Assembly (NCBI GenBank): GCA_944325305.1
Contig: CALUZO010000016.1
Span: forward strand, 18,856 to 82,855
Source of the DNA: an uncultured Rikenellaceae bacterium
GTDB lineage: Bacteria > Bacteroidota > Bacteroidia > Bacteroidales > Rikenellaceae
Reading direction: 5' to 3'
DNA: 64,000 bases
The stretch's first letter is position 1; every line of letters begins with the position of its first letter. A program made the position numbers and the translations under genes. Below the pieces are notes generated by a model. It was not told the DNA's origin and searched no databases. It saw nothing but the letters and a program-made list of their open reading frames with translations. This document shows, piece by piece, positions 33,127-43,724 of this stretch.

Positions 33127-33756
33127 TCAAAAATACAATTCCTCGAGGACATAGGTTGCCGCCGCCGAATCGTCCGACTTTAACTTTTCAGCTAATGCCA
33201 TGACAGCATCGCCTCGAGAGGGACTAACACGATAAAGAGCATTGAGAAAAGCAGCGAAAGAACGCCATAAAAGCCTATTATCGACTGCAAACTGTGATTC
33301 GCTGGATGTCATGAGATCGGCAATCACGGTATCGGGGACAACTTTGCCCGAGAGCAGACGGCGCGTTACGGACAGAACAGAGGCATAGCGCAGCCATTGA
33401 TTATCGTCAGTAAGCCACAATCGAGTTGCTTCCGGTATTATATCGCTGGCCGAAAGCAGAAAAGAGATATGCTCGGCGACCTCGGAGTTAATCACACCAT
33501 CAGCCCAGAAAGGTATCTCCTCACATTTCATGGAATGCGGATCGGCTATCATGATACCTGCAAGACGCAGTTCACGAATCTGTTGCCTGTAAAGAAGCTT
33601 CCCAAGGTCATGGTCGGGAAAATATGCCGCTGCTACATCCCTTATCGCCGGCACACTGACTCCGTAATTCAGCGGCCATAAGACACCGTGCGCTTCCATA
33701 GCACCGGTAACTGCTCCATTGGTCTGCCTGCGCAACTGCGCAAGTATCTCGGCCAT
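33127..33756 (-). CDS. DNA alkylation repair protein (AlkD-like HEAT-repeat)
   Basis: All-helical about 210 aa with a family-like pattern (NYGVSVPAIRDVA...LYRQQIRELRLAGIMIAD). The track start at 33774 is GTG. ATG at 33756. Confidence 0.65.
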   Translation of the reverse strand: MAEILAQLRRQTNGAVTGAMEAHGVLWPLNYGVSVPAIRDVAAAYFPDHDLGKLLYRQQIRELRLAGIMIADPHSMKCEEIPFWADGVINSEVAEHISFLLSASDIIPEATRLWLTDDNQWLRYASVLSVTRRLLSGKVVPDTVIADLMTSSESQFAVDNRLLWRSFAAFLNALYRVSPSRGDAVMALAEKLKSDDSAAATYVLEELYF

Positions 33757-33856
33757 TCTCGCACTGTTATTCACCTCGGTAATATGTTTGTTACAAGTCT
33801 GTTCCTAAAAATACGGCCCGTGTTCCGACGGGCCGTCATTCAATACCGGTTCGCAA

Positions 33857-34720
33857 TTAACGGGCAATGGCCAATGTCTCGCCAAACTGGTAAATCGGAA
33901 TACGCGCATTTGCAAGTTCGCCTGCAGGTCCTGTCACTACACATTGAACGAAATCGGCAACCCTGTAATATTCTACCGTCTTGGCGCCTTTGGCAACAGG
34001 CATCGGCTGTACGGCTTTATCCGGTGTGAGAGACAACACTATCGGAGTCGCACTCAGATCCGACTCGGGAACAAGACCTACAGAAGACGAAAACCTGCAT
34101 ACTATATAATTGGTCTTGTCTGACTCGGGGATAATCTCGAAAGAACGGGTCTCTACAGTTCTGCTCTCCTTGCCGAAGAAAAGAGAAATATATTCACGCT
34201 CCATGCGATTCAATTCGCGCAAGGCAGCTTTCATGCCATCACCGAAAACATTCTCACCCATCTCACCTGATATGAGTTCAAACCGACGCTTGCGAATACT
34301 GTATATCATGTTGGCTGCGTCACGGGCCATATCCTCGAGCGGACGATCGGTCACGCTCAACCTGTCCACATTGACCTTCGGGAAATCGGTTTCATCCCGT
34401 GATAAACCTGGCTCCGACAGGCTTCTATCTGTTTTGGCAGACTTATTTGGATCGGAATAGGATATCTTGGCGGAAAGTACCGTATAAACATCCTTGTCGT
34501 TGAGAGGAGCTATGGCTCCAAGATACTTCTGGGCAAATCGCGCATAAGGACCTTTTCGGATAGTCTCTTTTTCAACAACAACATCAACTTTTATGACGGT
34601 ATATGGGTACGCGGCCTTAAGTTCGGGATTGACGAGCTTCACTGCGTTGGGTATTTGAGCCGATACCGGATACGCCCCTATCAAGGCAATGGCAAAAGCC
34701 ATCGTTATCAGTTTTTTCAT
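33857..34720 (-). CDS. Secreted/lipoprotein of unknown function (DUF4831-like)
   Basis: Signal peptide MKKLITMAFAIALIGAYPVSAQ. The DUF4831 assignment is from memory only. Confidence 0.5.
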   Translation of the reverse strand: MKKLITMAFAIALIGAYPVSAQIPNAVKLVNPELKAAYPYTVIKVDVVVEKETIRKGPYARFAQKYLGAIAPLNDKDVYTVLSAKISYSDPNKSAKTDRSLSEPGLSRDETDFPKVNVDRLSVTDRPLEDMARDAANMIYSIRKRRFELISGEMGENVFGDGMKAALRELNRMEREYISLFFGKESRTVETRSFEIIPESDKTNYIVCRFSSSVGLVPESDLSATPIVLSLTPDKAVQPMPVAKGAKTVEYYRVADFVQCVVTGPAGELANARIPIYQFGETLAIAR

Positions 34721-34787
34721 ATCTAACATTTTTATAATGGTCTCGATACAAAGTTATTATTTTTTTAGAATTTGGGATGCCGACATC

Positions 34788-35612
34788 TCAGAATTTCAGG
34801 TAAAAGTCGGAAGTGAGCATCTTATATTCCCGAGAGTATTCGTGGCGTCCGCCAAGTTCAATCAACAGTTCGTCGCGATGCGAAACCGAACGAATATCGC
34901 CCTTTGACAACTGTAAAAGCGAGCGTTTGGGAAGGGCTCCCGGTTTAGGAATGACAGAGGTAATCCGTTCAGCCGAAAAGCCATACCCAATGGACAGAGA
35001 AAGGAAATCAGCATGATGTTCATACGGGACAATCACGCAAAAACGTCCATCATCGGACAACAGACGGGCAGCAGCACCAACAAGCTCCTCATAACTTAAT
35101 GATACAGAATGCCTTGCCATGGCACGTGCTACATCCGGCGAATGAAGAGAACCTGAAAAAAACGGAGGATTGGATACTATCAGATCATAAAGTCGGGAAG
35201 TGACAGGTCGATGCGTCCGATACTCATCTGCAATGACAGTCGAAATGGCTGGGCTTTGGCCGGAGGTGACTTGCTGACGATCCGGAAACAAACTATCACC
35301 AGACACGAACTCCTGCAACGAACATCGCATTACATTTATTCGATCCGCCCACGGTGATGCCACCGCATTTTCCTCAGCCTCGTCGGCACTGGCCGGGTCG
35401 ATCTCAACGGCGTCTATGAACAACGGATTGGATTCTCCGCGCTGTGCAAGCATCAACGCTATCAGGCCAGTACCGGTCCCGATGTCGAGTGCATATCTGT
35501 CCGTAGCGCGCACTCCGCACCATGCTCCAAGCAACACCCCGTCCGTCCCGACCTTCATGGCCGAACGTTGATGCGACACCGAAAAACGTTTGAAACGAAA
35601 TGGACGCAGCAT
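34788..35612 (-). CDS. tRNA1(Val) (adenine37-N6)-methyltransferase (YfiC/TrmN6-like)
   Basis: The N-terminus FRFKRFSVSHQRSAMKVGTDGVLLGAW is typical. SAM-binding DIGTGTGLIAL and catalytic NPPF (SNPPFF) motifs are present. Confidence 0.85.
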   Translation of the reverse strand: MLRPFRFKRFSVSHQRSAMKVGTDGVLLGAWCGVRATDRYALDIGTGTGLIALMLAQRGESNPLFIDAVEIDPASADEAEENAVASPWADRINVMRCSLQEFVSGDSLFPDRQQVTSGQSPAISTVIADEYRTHRPVTSRLYDLIVSNPPFFSGSLHSPDVARAMARHSVSLSYEELVGAAARLLSDDGRFCVIVPYEHHADFLSLSIGYGFSAERITSVIPKPGALPKRSLLQLSKGDIRSVSHRDELLIELGGRHEYSREYKMLTSDFYLKF

Positions 35613-35617
35613 AACAG

Positions 35618-36385
35618 CTATTTCAAAAAACCATCTATACCAGCCCCAAAAAGAGCAAAATCGTATTTGACCGGATCTTTCGGATCCAATTCACGCAAGG
35701 CAGCAGTTATCTCTTCGACCGATTTCCAATCGTTCTGTTTGCGCTTGAGCAAACCGAGAGCTCGCCCCATATTGCCGGAATGCACATCCAGAGGCAGATA
35801 CAGTGCCGAAGCGGGTATGCGTTTCCACATCCCGAAATCAACACCCCTTCCATCATCGCGAACCATCCACCGCAAATACATGTTCAGACGCTTGCACGAC
35901 GCACCCTTGTCTATCGAAGACACATGCTTCTCGCATCGGCTCTGATGATCTATATCGAAAAAACGGGCGCGAAATTCGGAGAGGACCGCGCGCATGTCGC
36001 CGGTCCGCTCCCATGTCTGCTCGAAAAACTCGCCGACACCGCCATAACGCTCTATAAGACTCCGAAGAGCAAGAACAAATGATATGAGATCCCCTCCATT
36101 AAAAGTACGATGAACATATTTTTCGAGACGTGACAACTCCTGCCACGAAGCATTCATCGTAAAGTCGTAAGGCTCGTCATCCATGTATTCCATCATTCGC
36201 CTCGCACTTTTCACAATAGCCTTGCGGTTGCCCCACGCTATCGTGGCGGCAAGAAATCCGCTGACCTCACGATCACCCTTATCGGTAAAACCGTGCGGTA
36301 TCGAAATCGGGTCGTGTTCTATAAAATCAGGCGTATTATACTTTTCGTAGAGCCGGTCGAGAAGCTCACGTACATCTTCGTTCAT
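35618..36385 (-). CDS. TIGR02757 family protein (DUF2400)
   Basis: N-terminal pattern LLDRLYEKYNTPDFIEHDPISIPH and a length of about 255 aa match my memory of this Bacteroidota-common family. Confidence 0.7.
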   Translation of the reverse strand: MNEDVRELLDRLYEKYNTPDFIEHDPISIPHGFTDKGDREVSGFLAATIAWGNRKAIVKSARRMMEYMDDEPYDFTMNASWQELSRLEKYVHRTFNGGDLISFVLALRSLIERYGGVGEFFEQTWERTGDMRAVLSEFRARFFDIDHQSRCEKHVSSIDKGASCKRLNMYLRWMVRDDGRGVDFGMWKRIPASALYLPLDVHSGNMGRALGLLKRKQNDWKSVEEITAALRELDPKDPVKYDFALFGAGIDGFLK

Positions 36386-36390
36386 TGCAA

Positions 36391-37050
36391 TTACAATATC
36401 ATTCCGTCACTCATAACTATCTTACGGTCGGCCATGGCTGCAAGGCTCTCATCATGCGTAACAACAACCACGGTCTGACCAAGCGTATCGCGCAGGGTAA
36501 AAAACAACTTATGTATCTCGTCGCGGTTCTTCGAGTCGAGGTTCCCAGAAGGTTCGTCGGCAAGCAGTACCGCCGGCGAATTGATGAGCGCACGCGCAAT
36601 CGCCACACGCTGCTGCTCACCTCCGGACATCTCGGCCGGTTTATGTAAAGCCCTGCCAGACATCCCGAGCATATCCAACAGTTCCTTTGCACGAGCTTCG
36701 ACCTTATCCCGGTCTCGGCCTCCTATATAGCCGGGAATACACACGTTCTCGAATGCCGTGAACTCCGGCAGAAGATGGTGGAACTGGAACACGAATCCTA
36801 TCTTGTCGTTGCGAAAACGTGACAAATCCTTGTCGGCAAGCATCTCCGCATGTATTCCGTCGATCGTTACCGTCCCTCTGTCGGGACGGCTCAGGGTACC
36901 TATAATTTGCAGCAGAGTAGTCTTACCGGCACCGCTCGCACCAACTATCGACACAACCTCGCCCTGCGATACATCGAGCGAAACGCCTTTAAGAACCTCA
37001 AGTTCACCGTAGCTTTTGCGCACCCCGCAAACCTCTATCATCGACTTCAT
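36391..37050 (-). CDS. lolD: ABC transporter ATP-binding protein, LolD-like
   Basis: Walker [10 protein letters not shown], signature [15 protein letters not shown] and Walker B LLADE. The gene symbol is tentative. Confidence 0.8.
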   Translation of the reverse strand: MKSMIEVCGVRKSYGELEVLKGVSLDVSQGEVVSIVGASGAGKTTLLQIIGTLSRPDRGTVTIDGIHAEMLADKDLSRFRNDKIGFVFQFHHLLPEFTAFENVCIPGYIGGRDRDKVEARAKELLDMLGMSGRALHKPAEMSGGEQQRVAIARALINSPAVLLADEPSGNLDSKNRDEIHKLFFTLRDTLGQTVVVVTHDESLAAMADRKIVMSDGMIL

Positions 37051-37053
37051 AAC

Positions 37054-37884
37054 TTATGCGTTTTTATAATATTCATACAACCTTACAACATCGACGGCCT
37101 CTTTCGTATCATGAACACGCAGCAGCGACGCACCATTCACAAGCAATTCCCAATTGAGAGCCGTCGTGCCGGCGAGAGACTCGGACGGCCCTACCCCGAG
37201 AACCTTATATATCATCGACTTGCGTGATATGCCGGCAAGAATCGGATAACCAAACTCCAAAAGTTCGTCCATGCGGCGCATAAGCTGATAGTTCTGGCGA
37301 GTGGTTTTGGCAAACCCGAATCCGGGATCGAGAATTATATTTTCATCATCTATGCCTGCACCTTTCATCTCCGCTATCCTGGCCGCAAAAAATGTCTTCA
37401 CATCATGTGTAACATCATCATAATCCGTATGTTCCTGCATAGTCGCCGGATTAGCCCGCATGTGCATGGCTACATACGGAACCTTGTAGTCGGCTACCGT
37501 CCGGTGCATATCCGCATCGAGACTGCCCGCCGAAATATCGTTTATAATGCATGCACCGTAGGTATCGAGGCAACGCCTGGCAACATCGGCCCGAAAAGTG
37601 TCTATCGAAACAACAGCCTCCGGGTGTTCGCGTCTTATGATGCGAAGCGCGCGCGACACCCTGGAGAACTCCTCCTCTGAAGTGACATCGGATGCTCCGG
37701 GACGTGACGAATATCCGCCCACGTCGAGAATCGCAGCTCCATCGGCCAAAGCCTTATCAACCGCTGCAGATATCTCTCCATCCGTCGACAGACGACTGCC
37801 GGAGAAAAAAGAATCCGGAGTGATATTGATAATGGACATCACCACAGGCCGACTAAGATCCAGTTCCGTATCTCCTATTTTCAT
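37054..37884 (-). CDS. folP: Dihydropteroate synthase
   Basis: Pterin-binding domain pattern VMSIINITPDSFFSGS...DVGGYSSRPGA...ISIDT...INDISAG. Confidence 0.92.
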   Translation of the reverse strand: MKIGDTELDLSRPVVMSIINITPDSFFSGSRLSTDGEISAAVDKALADGAAILDVGGYSSRPGASDVTSEEEFSRVSRALRIIRREHPEAVVSIDTFRADVARRCLDTYGACIINDISAGSLDADMHRTVADYKVPYVAMHMRANPATMQEHTDYDDVTHDVKTFFAARIAEMKGAGIDDENIILDPGFGFAKTTRQNYQLMRRMDELLEFGYPILAGISRKSMIYKVLGVGPSESLAGTTALNWELLVNGASLLRVHDTKEAVDVVRLYEYYKNA

Positions 37885-38474
37885 CCCCTAAATATTTTAT
37901 CCAGTTCAATAACCTGAGGCATGAGAATATCATACTCTCCGCTGTGGATAACATAATCGGCAAGCGCCTCTCGCTCGGCATCATCCATCTGATGGGCCAT
38001 GCGAGCCTTGATCTTCTCGGGATCGCTCGCATCGCGAAGTACTGCACGGGCTATACGTACCTCAACAGGAGCGCTGACAGTAACCGTATAATCCATCGAC
38101 ACGGCAAGCCCGCTTTCGAAAAGTATGGCGCTTTCGTGTATAACATAGGGATAACCCTCAGAATCCATCTCAGATGCCCACTTGCGAAAATGATCGGCTA
38201 CCGCAGGATGAACAAGGGCATTAAGTTCTCGCAATAAATCCTCGTCGGTAAAAACACGTGAAGCAAGGTATGCGCGGTCAAGAATACCGTCGCGATATGA
38301 GTGTGAACCGAACAAGCCAACTATGCTCGATATGAGTTCGGGTGACGTGACCATAAGACGCTTAGCTGCCGAATCCGAATCGTAAACCGGCACCCCCAAG
38401 GCTGCAAACATACGCGAAACCGTACTCTTGCCACTGCCTATCCCGCCTGTCAGTCCGATCCTGAGCATGGTCAT
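37881..38474 (-). CDS. coaE: Dephospho-CoA kinase
   Basis: P-loop GLTGGIGSGKST at the N-terminus and a length of about 195 aa. 4-bp overlap with folP. Confidence 0.92.
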   Translation of the reverse strand: MTMLRIGLTGGIGSGKSTVSRMFAALGVPVYDSDSAAKRLMVTSPELISSIVGLFGSHSYRDGILDRAYLASRVFTDEDLLRELNALVHPAVADHFRKWASEMDSEGYPYVIHESAILFESGLAVSMDYTVTVSAPVEVRIARAVLRDASDPEKIKARMAHQMDDAEREALADYVIHSGEYDILMPQVIELDKIFRG

Positions 38475-38875
38475 TCACCTATTTTCGGTGCAGGAATTTC
38501 CGGTACTTCCAGAACCGAAATAATCCGAAGATCCTTCGTGTTGGCAGCTATCACGGACATGAGTGAGGAAGGATTGACAACAAGCATATCTTTTTCTGTC
38601 GCTGAAGCAGAGGTATCTACATTCCAAAACCGAACCTTGATGTCGCTCCGACGCAATATACGATGGGCAAAAATCCTATAGCCGGTACCCTCAACCTCGC
38701 ATTTGACCTTGACTCGGGTATTTTCGATACGTACCGGTACGGTAACCGTCGCAACATAGGTATGACCCATATTGATAAGCAGCCACAACAAAAACGAAAA
38801 ACCAAGCAACATCAGAAATGTCGGAGAGGTGTATTTGCGTACTGTCTTTAATATTTTTTCAAACGTTTCGTTCAT
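38471..38875 (-). CDS. Membrane-anchored hypothetical protein (possibly YbbR-like)
   Basis: ATG at 38875 gives MNETFEKILK..., followed by a TM helix and a beta-rich domain. 4-bp overlap with coaE. The function is not recognised with confidence. Confidence 0.45.
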   Translation of the reverse strand: MNETFEKILKTVRKYTSPTFLMLLGFSFLLWLLINMGHTYVATVTVPVRIENTRVKVKCEVEGTGYRIFAHRILRRSDIKVRFWNVDTSASATEKDMLVVNPSSLMSVIAANTKDLRIISVLEVPEIPAPKIGE

Positions 38876-39023
38876 AAAATCCAGTCGTAAATGCCGGAAC
38901 TGCCGGCTACGATACAAAGTAAATGATTTTTTTCGCCAAACACAATAACAAAACGACATCCATTGTCCCAAATGCAAGCAGCCTCCCGAAGGAGGCTGCT
39001 TGCATTATATACACGAACAGAAT

Positions 39024-39647
39024 CTATTTCCCAGCGGCACCAGACTTCTTTTCTGCGGCATACCGCTCATTCAATCCATCGAGAACTATTTTGGTGATAT
39101 TCAAACGTGGATCGGCATGAAGTACAGGTGCGTTGCCGCTCGTGGTAAGTATCATGCTATATTTATAGTCGGCATTGAATTCGGCAAGAAACGTATCGAT
39201 GTTATTTATTATGTTATTCATCAGAACCTGACTCTCCTCGGACAACTCGAGCTGAACCTTGTCCCTGTGTTCATACAGGCTTTGTTCCTGCTTTTCCAGA
39301 TCCTGTTGCAACTCCATGGCTTCGGAACGGGTGACAAGCCCCTTTTCGATCTTCTCCTGAGCTGATGTGAAAGACTTTTCCAATGCACGAGTCTTATTGG
39401 TCAACTCGGTTTCGGCTTTCTGTGCCTTCTCCTGAATCTCGGCATTGCGATCGATATAAAAATCGTAATTCGCAAGAAGCGAATCGAGATCCACATAAGC
39501 TATCTGTGCGCTCACAGCTGTAAGTGGCGCTGCAACAACAGAACCATCTGCCACATCCGCCTTGGATTCGGTCTGCTCAGAATTTTTCTCTCCACATGAC
39601 AATAATCCCAGCAACACGGCCGGTATCACTAAAAACATTTTCTTCAT
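39024..39647 (-). CDS. OmpH/Skp-like periplasmic chaperone lipoprotein
   Basis: Lipobox LLSCG and a long coiled-coil central region with a typical OmpH pattern (AQKAETELTNKTRALEKSF...). Confidence 0.75.
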   Translation of the reverse strand: MKKMFLVIPAVLLGLLSCGEKNSEQTESKADVADGSVVAAPLTAVSAQIAYVDLDSLLANYDFYIDRNAEIQEKAQKAETELTNKTRALEKSFTSAQEKIEKGLVTRSEAMELQQDLEKQEQSLYEHRDKVQLELSEESQVLMNNIINNIDTFLAEFNADYKYSMILTTSGNAPVLHADPRLNITKIVLDGLNERYAAEKKSGAAGK

Positions 39648-39839
39648 TTCCTCTAAATCTTTATTATAATATCTCCAAAAGGATCAGCGACCCTCTCTTG
39701 TAAACTATGGAAAATAACCTCGGAACAATCTCCGGAAATCGAAAGAACATACCCCCTCACCGAAATTTACCCTACATTTCGCAAATATAGTGAAATTTCT
39801 TTTTTTCGCTATCTTTGTCCGTAAACCATTCATTCGACC

Positions 39840-40436
39840 ATGTACGAATACATCAAAGGAGAAATTGCGGAACTGACACCAACATACGCCGTAATAGAAG
39901 CGGCAGGCGTGGGCTATCTACTCATAATTTCGCTCCAGACATACTCGGAAATAGAAAACAAAAAATCGACGACAATATATACACACTATGTCGTACGCGA
40001 AGATGCACAAATATTATACGGTTTCGCCACAAAACGCGAAAGAGAAGTATTCAGACTACTAATAGGTGTCTCGGGAGTCGGAGGAAATACCGCCAGAATG
40101 ATCCTCTCGACATACTCACCTCAGGAACTCACAAATATCATTGCATGCGAAAACGCCACACTGCTGAAAAACGTTAAAGGCCTGGGATTGAAAACAGCCC
40201 AAAAAATAATAGTCGAATTGCGCGACAAAATAGGATTTGCAGAAACAAACTGGCCGCAAGGAACAACAGACAACACTATCTCGGGAAACATGGAAAATTA
40301 TGCCGAAGCATTGGCCGCACTTACAATGCTGGGATTCCCAAAAACAGCCTCGGAAAAAGCATTGCGCAACGTAATGAAAGCAAACCCGAATGCGTCGGTC
40401 GAAGACATCGTCAGACTCTCGCTAAAAAGCCTGTAA
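39840..40436 (+). CDS. ruvA: Holliday junction branch migration complex subunit RuvA
   Basis: N-terminus MYEYIKGEIAELTPTYAVIEAAGVGY, HhH motifs (VSGVGGNTARMIL, VKGLGLKTAQKII) and C-terminal domain III. Confidence 0.93.
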   Translation: MYEYIKGEIAELTPTYAVIEAAGVGYLLIISLQTYSEIENKKSTTIYTHYVVREDAQILYGFATKREREVFRLLIGVSGVGGNTARMILSTYSPQELTNIIACENATLLKNVKGLGLKTAQKIIVELRDKIGFAETNWPQGTTDNTISGNMENYAEALAALTMLGFPKTASEKALRNVMKANPNASVEDIVRLSLKSL

Positions 40437-40738
40437 CCAGACAAGAGCCGGTTACCGTGTCGATGTACAAACCCGAAAATACAGCCTGACACAACATCGA
40501 AACCATACTCTCGGAACAAGTATACGCACAAATATCATATCTGGCAAGATAAAAACATTTGCCGCCCTCACACATGTCAAAAACCACGAAATAAGACAGT
40601 TAAACCAAATCAACAAGTAAGGGAGAGATCATTTCATTCGTATTAAGGAATCGTTAACATTATATCTCATTATAAAGGGAGAGCTAAAATAGTACTATTT
40701 TTGTCATGATATTGTAAAAAAAATATTAACGATCCGTT

Positions 40739-42979
40739 ATGGACCCTATTTACATTTTTATAGTAGTCATACTTCTTGCTCTGGCGGTTATCGGCCTTAT
40801 TGTGGGTGTCTCGAACGACGCTGTGAACTTCCTTAATTCGGCCATAGGCTCTAAAGCAGCACCTCGCTGGATCATAATGACCGTAGCGTCGGCCGGAATT
40901 ATCATAGGCGCCCTTTCTTCAAGCGGAATGATGGAGGTCGCCAGAAGCGGAGTATTCTATCCGGACCAGTTCACATTCTCAGACGTGATGATGCTCTTCC
41001 TCGGGGTGATGTTCGCAAATGTTATCCTGCTCGACATGTTCAATACCTTCGGACTGCCGACATCCACAACAGTATCACTGGTATTCGGATTGCTCGGCGC
41101 CGCCATAGCAGTCGCCGCTACAAAAATCATCGGAAGCGACACACTCACGATGGCCGACCTTTCAGGATATATCAATTCTGGCAAAGCCATGGTAATCATA
41201 TCCGCAATACTGGTTTCGGTAGCGGTAGCATTTGTCGCAGGCTCGATAATAATGTATGTCACAAGGCTGATATTCACCTTCCATTATAAAAAAGTTTTCT
41301 CCCGCATCGGCTACCTCTGGTGCGGGATTGCTTTTACAGCAATTTCATATTTCGCAGTATTCAAAGGTCTGAAAGACTCAGGAATATTCAGCAATGAGAC
41401 ACTCGATTTCGTCCAGAGCAATCTCCTGCTGACTCTCACCGGACTGTGGCTCGGATGGAGCATACTGATGGCACTGTTACAACACATATTCAAAGTAAAT
41501 ATCCTCAAAATAACGATACTCGCCGGTACGTTCTCGCTCGCACTGGCATTCGCAGGCAATGACCTTGTGAACTTCATCGGAGTGCCGATTGCAGGATTGG
41601 ACTCATATAAAATTGCAGCTCAAACAGGCAACGACCAAATGATGATGGGCGGCCTTATGGAACCAGTCAAGACAAATTTCATATTTCTGTTGGCAGCCGG
41701 AATCATAATGGTACTGACTCTCTGGACATCGAAAAAAGCCAAAAGCGTGTCGGACACCGAAATAAACCTCGCCAAACAGGACGAAGGTGCAGAACGTTTC
41801 GGCTCTACACTGTTTTCACGTTCACTGGTGAGGCTCGCTCTCAGCACAAACAAAAGTGTGGAAAAAGTCCTGCCCGAGTCCCTGCTGCGATGGATCAACA
41901 AACGCTTCCTGCCACTCAGGGAAGGAGAATACGGAGGTGAAAAAGCACACTTCGACATGATAAGGGCAACGCTCAACCTCACTGTCGCATCGCTGCTCAT
42001 AGCGTTCGCAACATCTCTCAAACTCCCGCTATCAACTACTTACGTAACCTTCATGGTGGCGATGGGCAGCTCGCTCGCCGACCGTGCCTGGGGACGCGAA
42101 AGCGCCGTATACAGAATCACAGGTGTGCTCACCGTAATATCCGGATGGTTCGTCACCGCAGTAATCGCATTCATAATAGCATTCGCCATCACGATGGCGC
42201 TCGTTTACGGCAAAATAATCGCAATAATCGCCGTTACCGCACTCTGTGCATACATGTTCATACAAAGCAGCATACTGCACCGCAAACGCGAAGCTAAAGC
42301 CGAAGAACACGAAAAAAAACACACCAACAACGAAGAAGCCGACGAAGTGGTGAACCGTTGCATCTTCGAGGTAATAGATACCATGGGAAAGGTCACCGAC
42401 ATCTACCAGCAAACCCTAATGGGCGTATTCAATGAAAACAGAAAACTGCTGAGACAGATGCTTAAAGACTCCAACGAACTTTTCTATCAGGCTCGCGAAC
42501 GCAAATACGAAGTAATGCCGACGCTGCAAAAACTCCAGCACAACTACATCGATAACGGCCATTATTACGTCCAGGTAGTCGACTATATGAGCGAAGTAAC
42601 CAAAGCACTGGTACACATAACACGCCCATGCTTCGAACATATAGACAACAACCACGAAGGCCTGTCTAAAGAACAAGTCGACGATCTTATCTTCATCAAT
42701 AATGAAGTGTCGAAAATATACGACAGAATCAACATAATGCTCCGCACAAACGACTTCAGGGATATCGAAACCGTGATGCGTATGCGCGACGGACTGTTCG
42801 AGTCGATAGACGAGGCTGTCAAACGCCAACTCAAACGAATCAAGTCAAAATCAACAAGTACAAAGGCCAGCATGTTATATCTAAACATACTCAACGAAAC
42901 CAAAACAATGGTGCTTCAATCCAGAAACCTGCTCAAATCGCAGAAATATTTCCTCGAAAAACGCAGCAACACGCAATAA
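40739..42979 (+). CDS. Inorganic phosphate transporter (PiT/PHO4 family) with C-terminal helical PhoU-like domain
   Basis: Duplicated PHO4 motifs GVSNDAVNF and AGNDLVNFIGVP. The long soluble helical C-terminal extension is typical of about 740-aa Bacteroidota homologs. Confidence 0.85.
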   Translation: MDPIYIFIVVILLALAVIGLIVGVSNDAVNFLNSAIGSKAAPRWIIMTVASAGIIIGALSSSGMMEVARSGVFYPDQFTFSDVMMLFLGVMFANVILLDMFNTFGLPTSTTVSLVFGLLGAAIAVAATKIIGSDTLTMADLSGYINSGKAMVIISAILVSVAVAFVAGSIIMYVTRLIFTFHYKKVFSRIGYLWCGIAFTAISYFAVFKGLKDSGIFSNETLDFVQSNLLLTLTGLWLGWSILMALLQHIFKVNILKITILAGTFSLALAFAGNDLVNFIGVPIAGLDSYKIAAQTGNDQMMMGGLMEPVKTNFIFLLAAGIIMVLTLWTSKKAKSVSDTEINLAKQDEGAERFGSTLFSRSLVRLALSTNKSVEKVLPESLLRWINKRFLPLREGEYGGEKAHFDMIRATLNLTVASLLIAFATSLKLPLSTTYVTFMVAMGSSLADRAWGRESAVYRITGVLTVISGWFVTAVIAFIIAFAITMALVYGKIIAIIAVTALCAYMFIQSSILHRKREAKAEEHEKKHTNNEEADEVVNRCIFEVIDTMGKVTDIYQQTLMGVFNENRKLLRQMLKDSNELFYQARERKYEVMPTLQKLQHNYIDNGHYYVQVVDYMSEVTKALVHITRPCFEHIDNNHEGLSKEQVDDLIFINNEVSKIYDRINIMLRTNDFRDIETVMRMRDGLFESIDEAVKRQLKRIKSKSTSTKASMLYLNILNETKTMVLQSRNLLKSQKYFLEKRSNTQ

Positions 42980-43131
42980 AAAACACAAGTAACGAGTTTC
43001 TTTCTTGAAGAAGCCCGGCAAACAACCTTAACAGCATATACTGTCAACCAATAAGGAGACTCGGGAGTCTCCTTATTGGTTTTTAGCCGAAAATTAAGTA
43101 AGTTTGTAAGTTAATCGTGCGCATTAAACGT

Positions 43132-43710
43132 ATGAATATTATAAAAAGCCTCTTTATAACATTAGTAACCGCAAGTTTGCTGTACTCATGCGGCACATCA
43201 GACGAGGATACCATAATTCCGGACCAAAGAGAAGCGATAACGCAATTCCTCGACAACAACGAACTCGAATACGAGGAGGTCAACAGCGTTTTTCGGCATT
43301 TCCCTTCACCAAGAACCTCAAACCCCGACGCACCTGTAGTGAAACAAGGAGATGAGGTCGGAATATACTTCGAACTTTACAATGCCACATACACAAAACA
43401 AAACGGCTCGCTCGCTCCGGTCCCAACAACCGCACTGTACAGCAACAAAAAATTTATACAAGACACGCTAAGAAAACTAAACCTGAACACAGAATACTGG
43501 CCAAGTTACGAAGAACCTCTCAACGCCAAAGTCGGCTCGGGTGAATTGATAACAGGCCTGAATCGAGGACTGGTAGGATGTCGCAAAGGAGATTCCGTAT
43601 TGCTTTTCATAACCTCAAACCTGGCGTTCGGAGAAAAACCGACATCGATTATTCCGGCAAACACAGCCATACTATACATAGTGAACATCCAAACAGTCAA
43701 TAATCAGTAA
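43132..43710 (+). CDS. FKBP-type peptidyl-prolyl cis-trans isomerase lipoprotein
   Basis: Lipobox LLYSCG. FKBP_C-like region VGSGELITGLNRGLVGCRKGDSVLLFITSNLAFGEK. The track start at 43117 is GTG. ATG at 43132. Confidence 0.75.
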   Translation: MNIIKSLFITLVTASLLYSCGTSDEDTIIPDQREAITQFLDNNELEYEEVNSVFRHFPSPRTSNPDAPVVKQGDEVGIYFELYNATYTKQNGSLAPVPTTALYSNKKFIQDTLRKLNLNTEYWPSYEEPLNAKVGSGELITGLNRGLVGCRKGDSVLLFITSNLAFGEKPTSIIPANTAILYIVNIQTVNNQ

Positions 43711-43724
43711 ACAAATATAGAAAC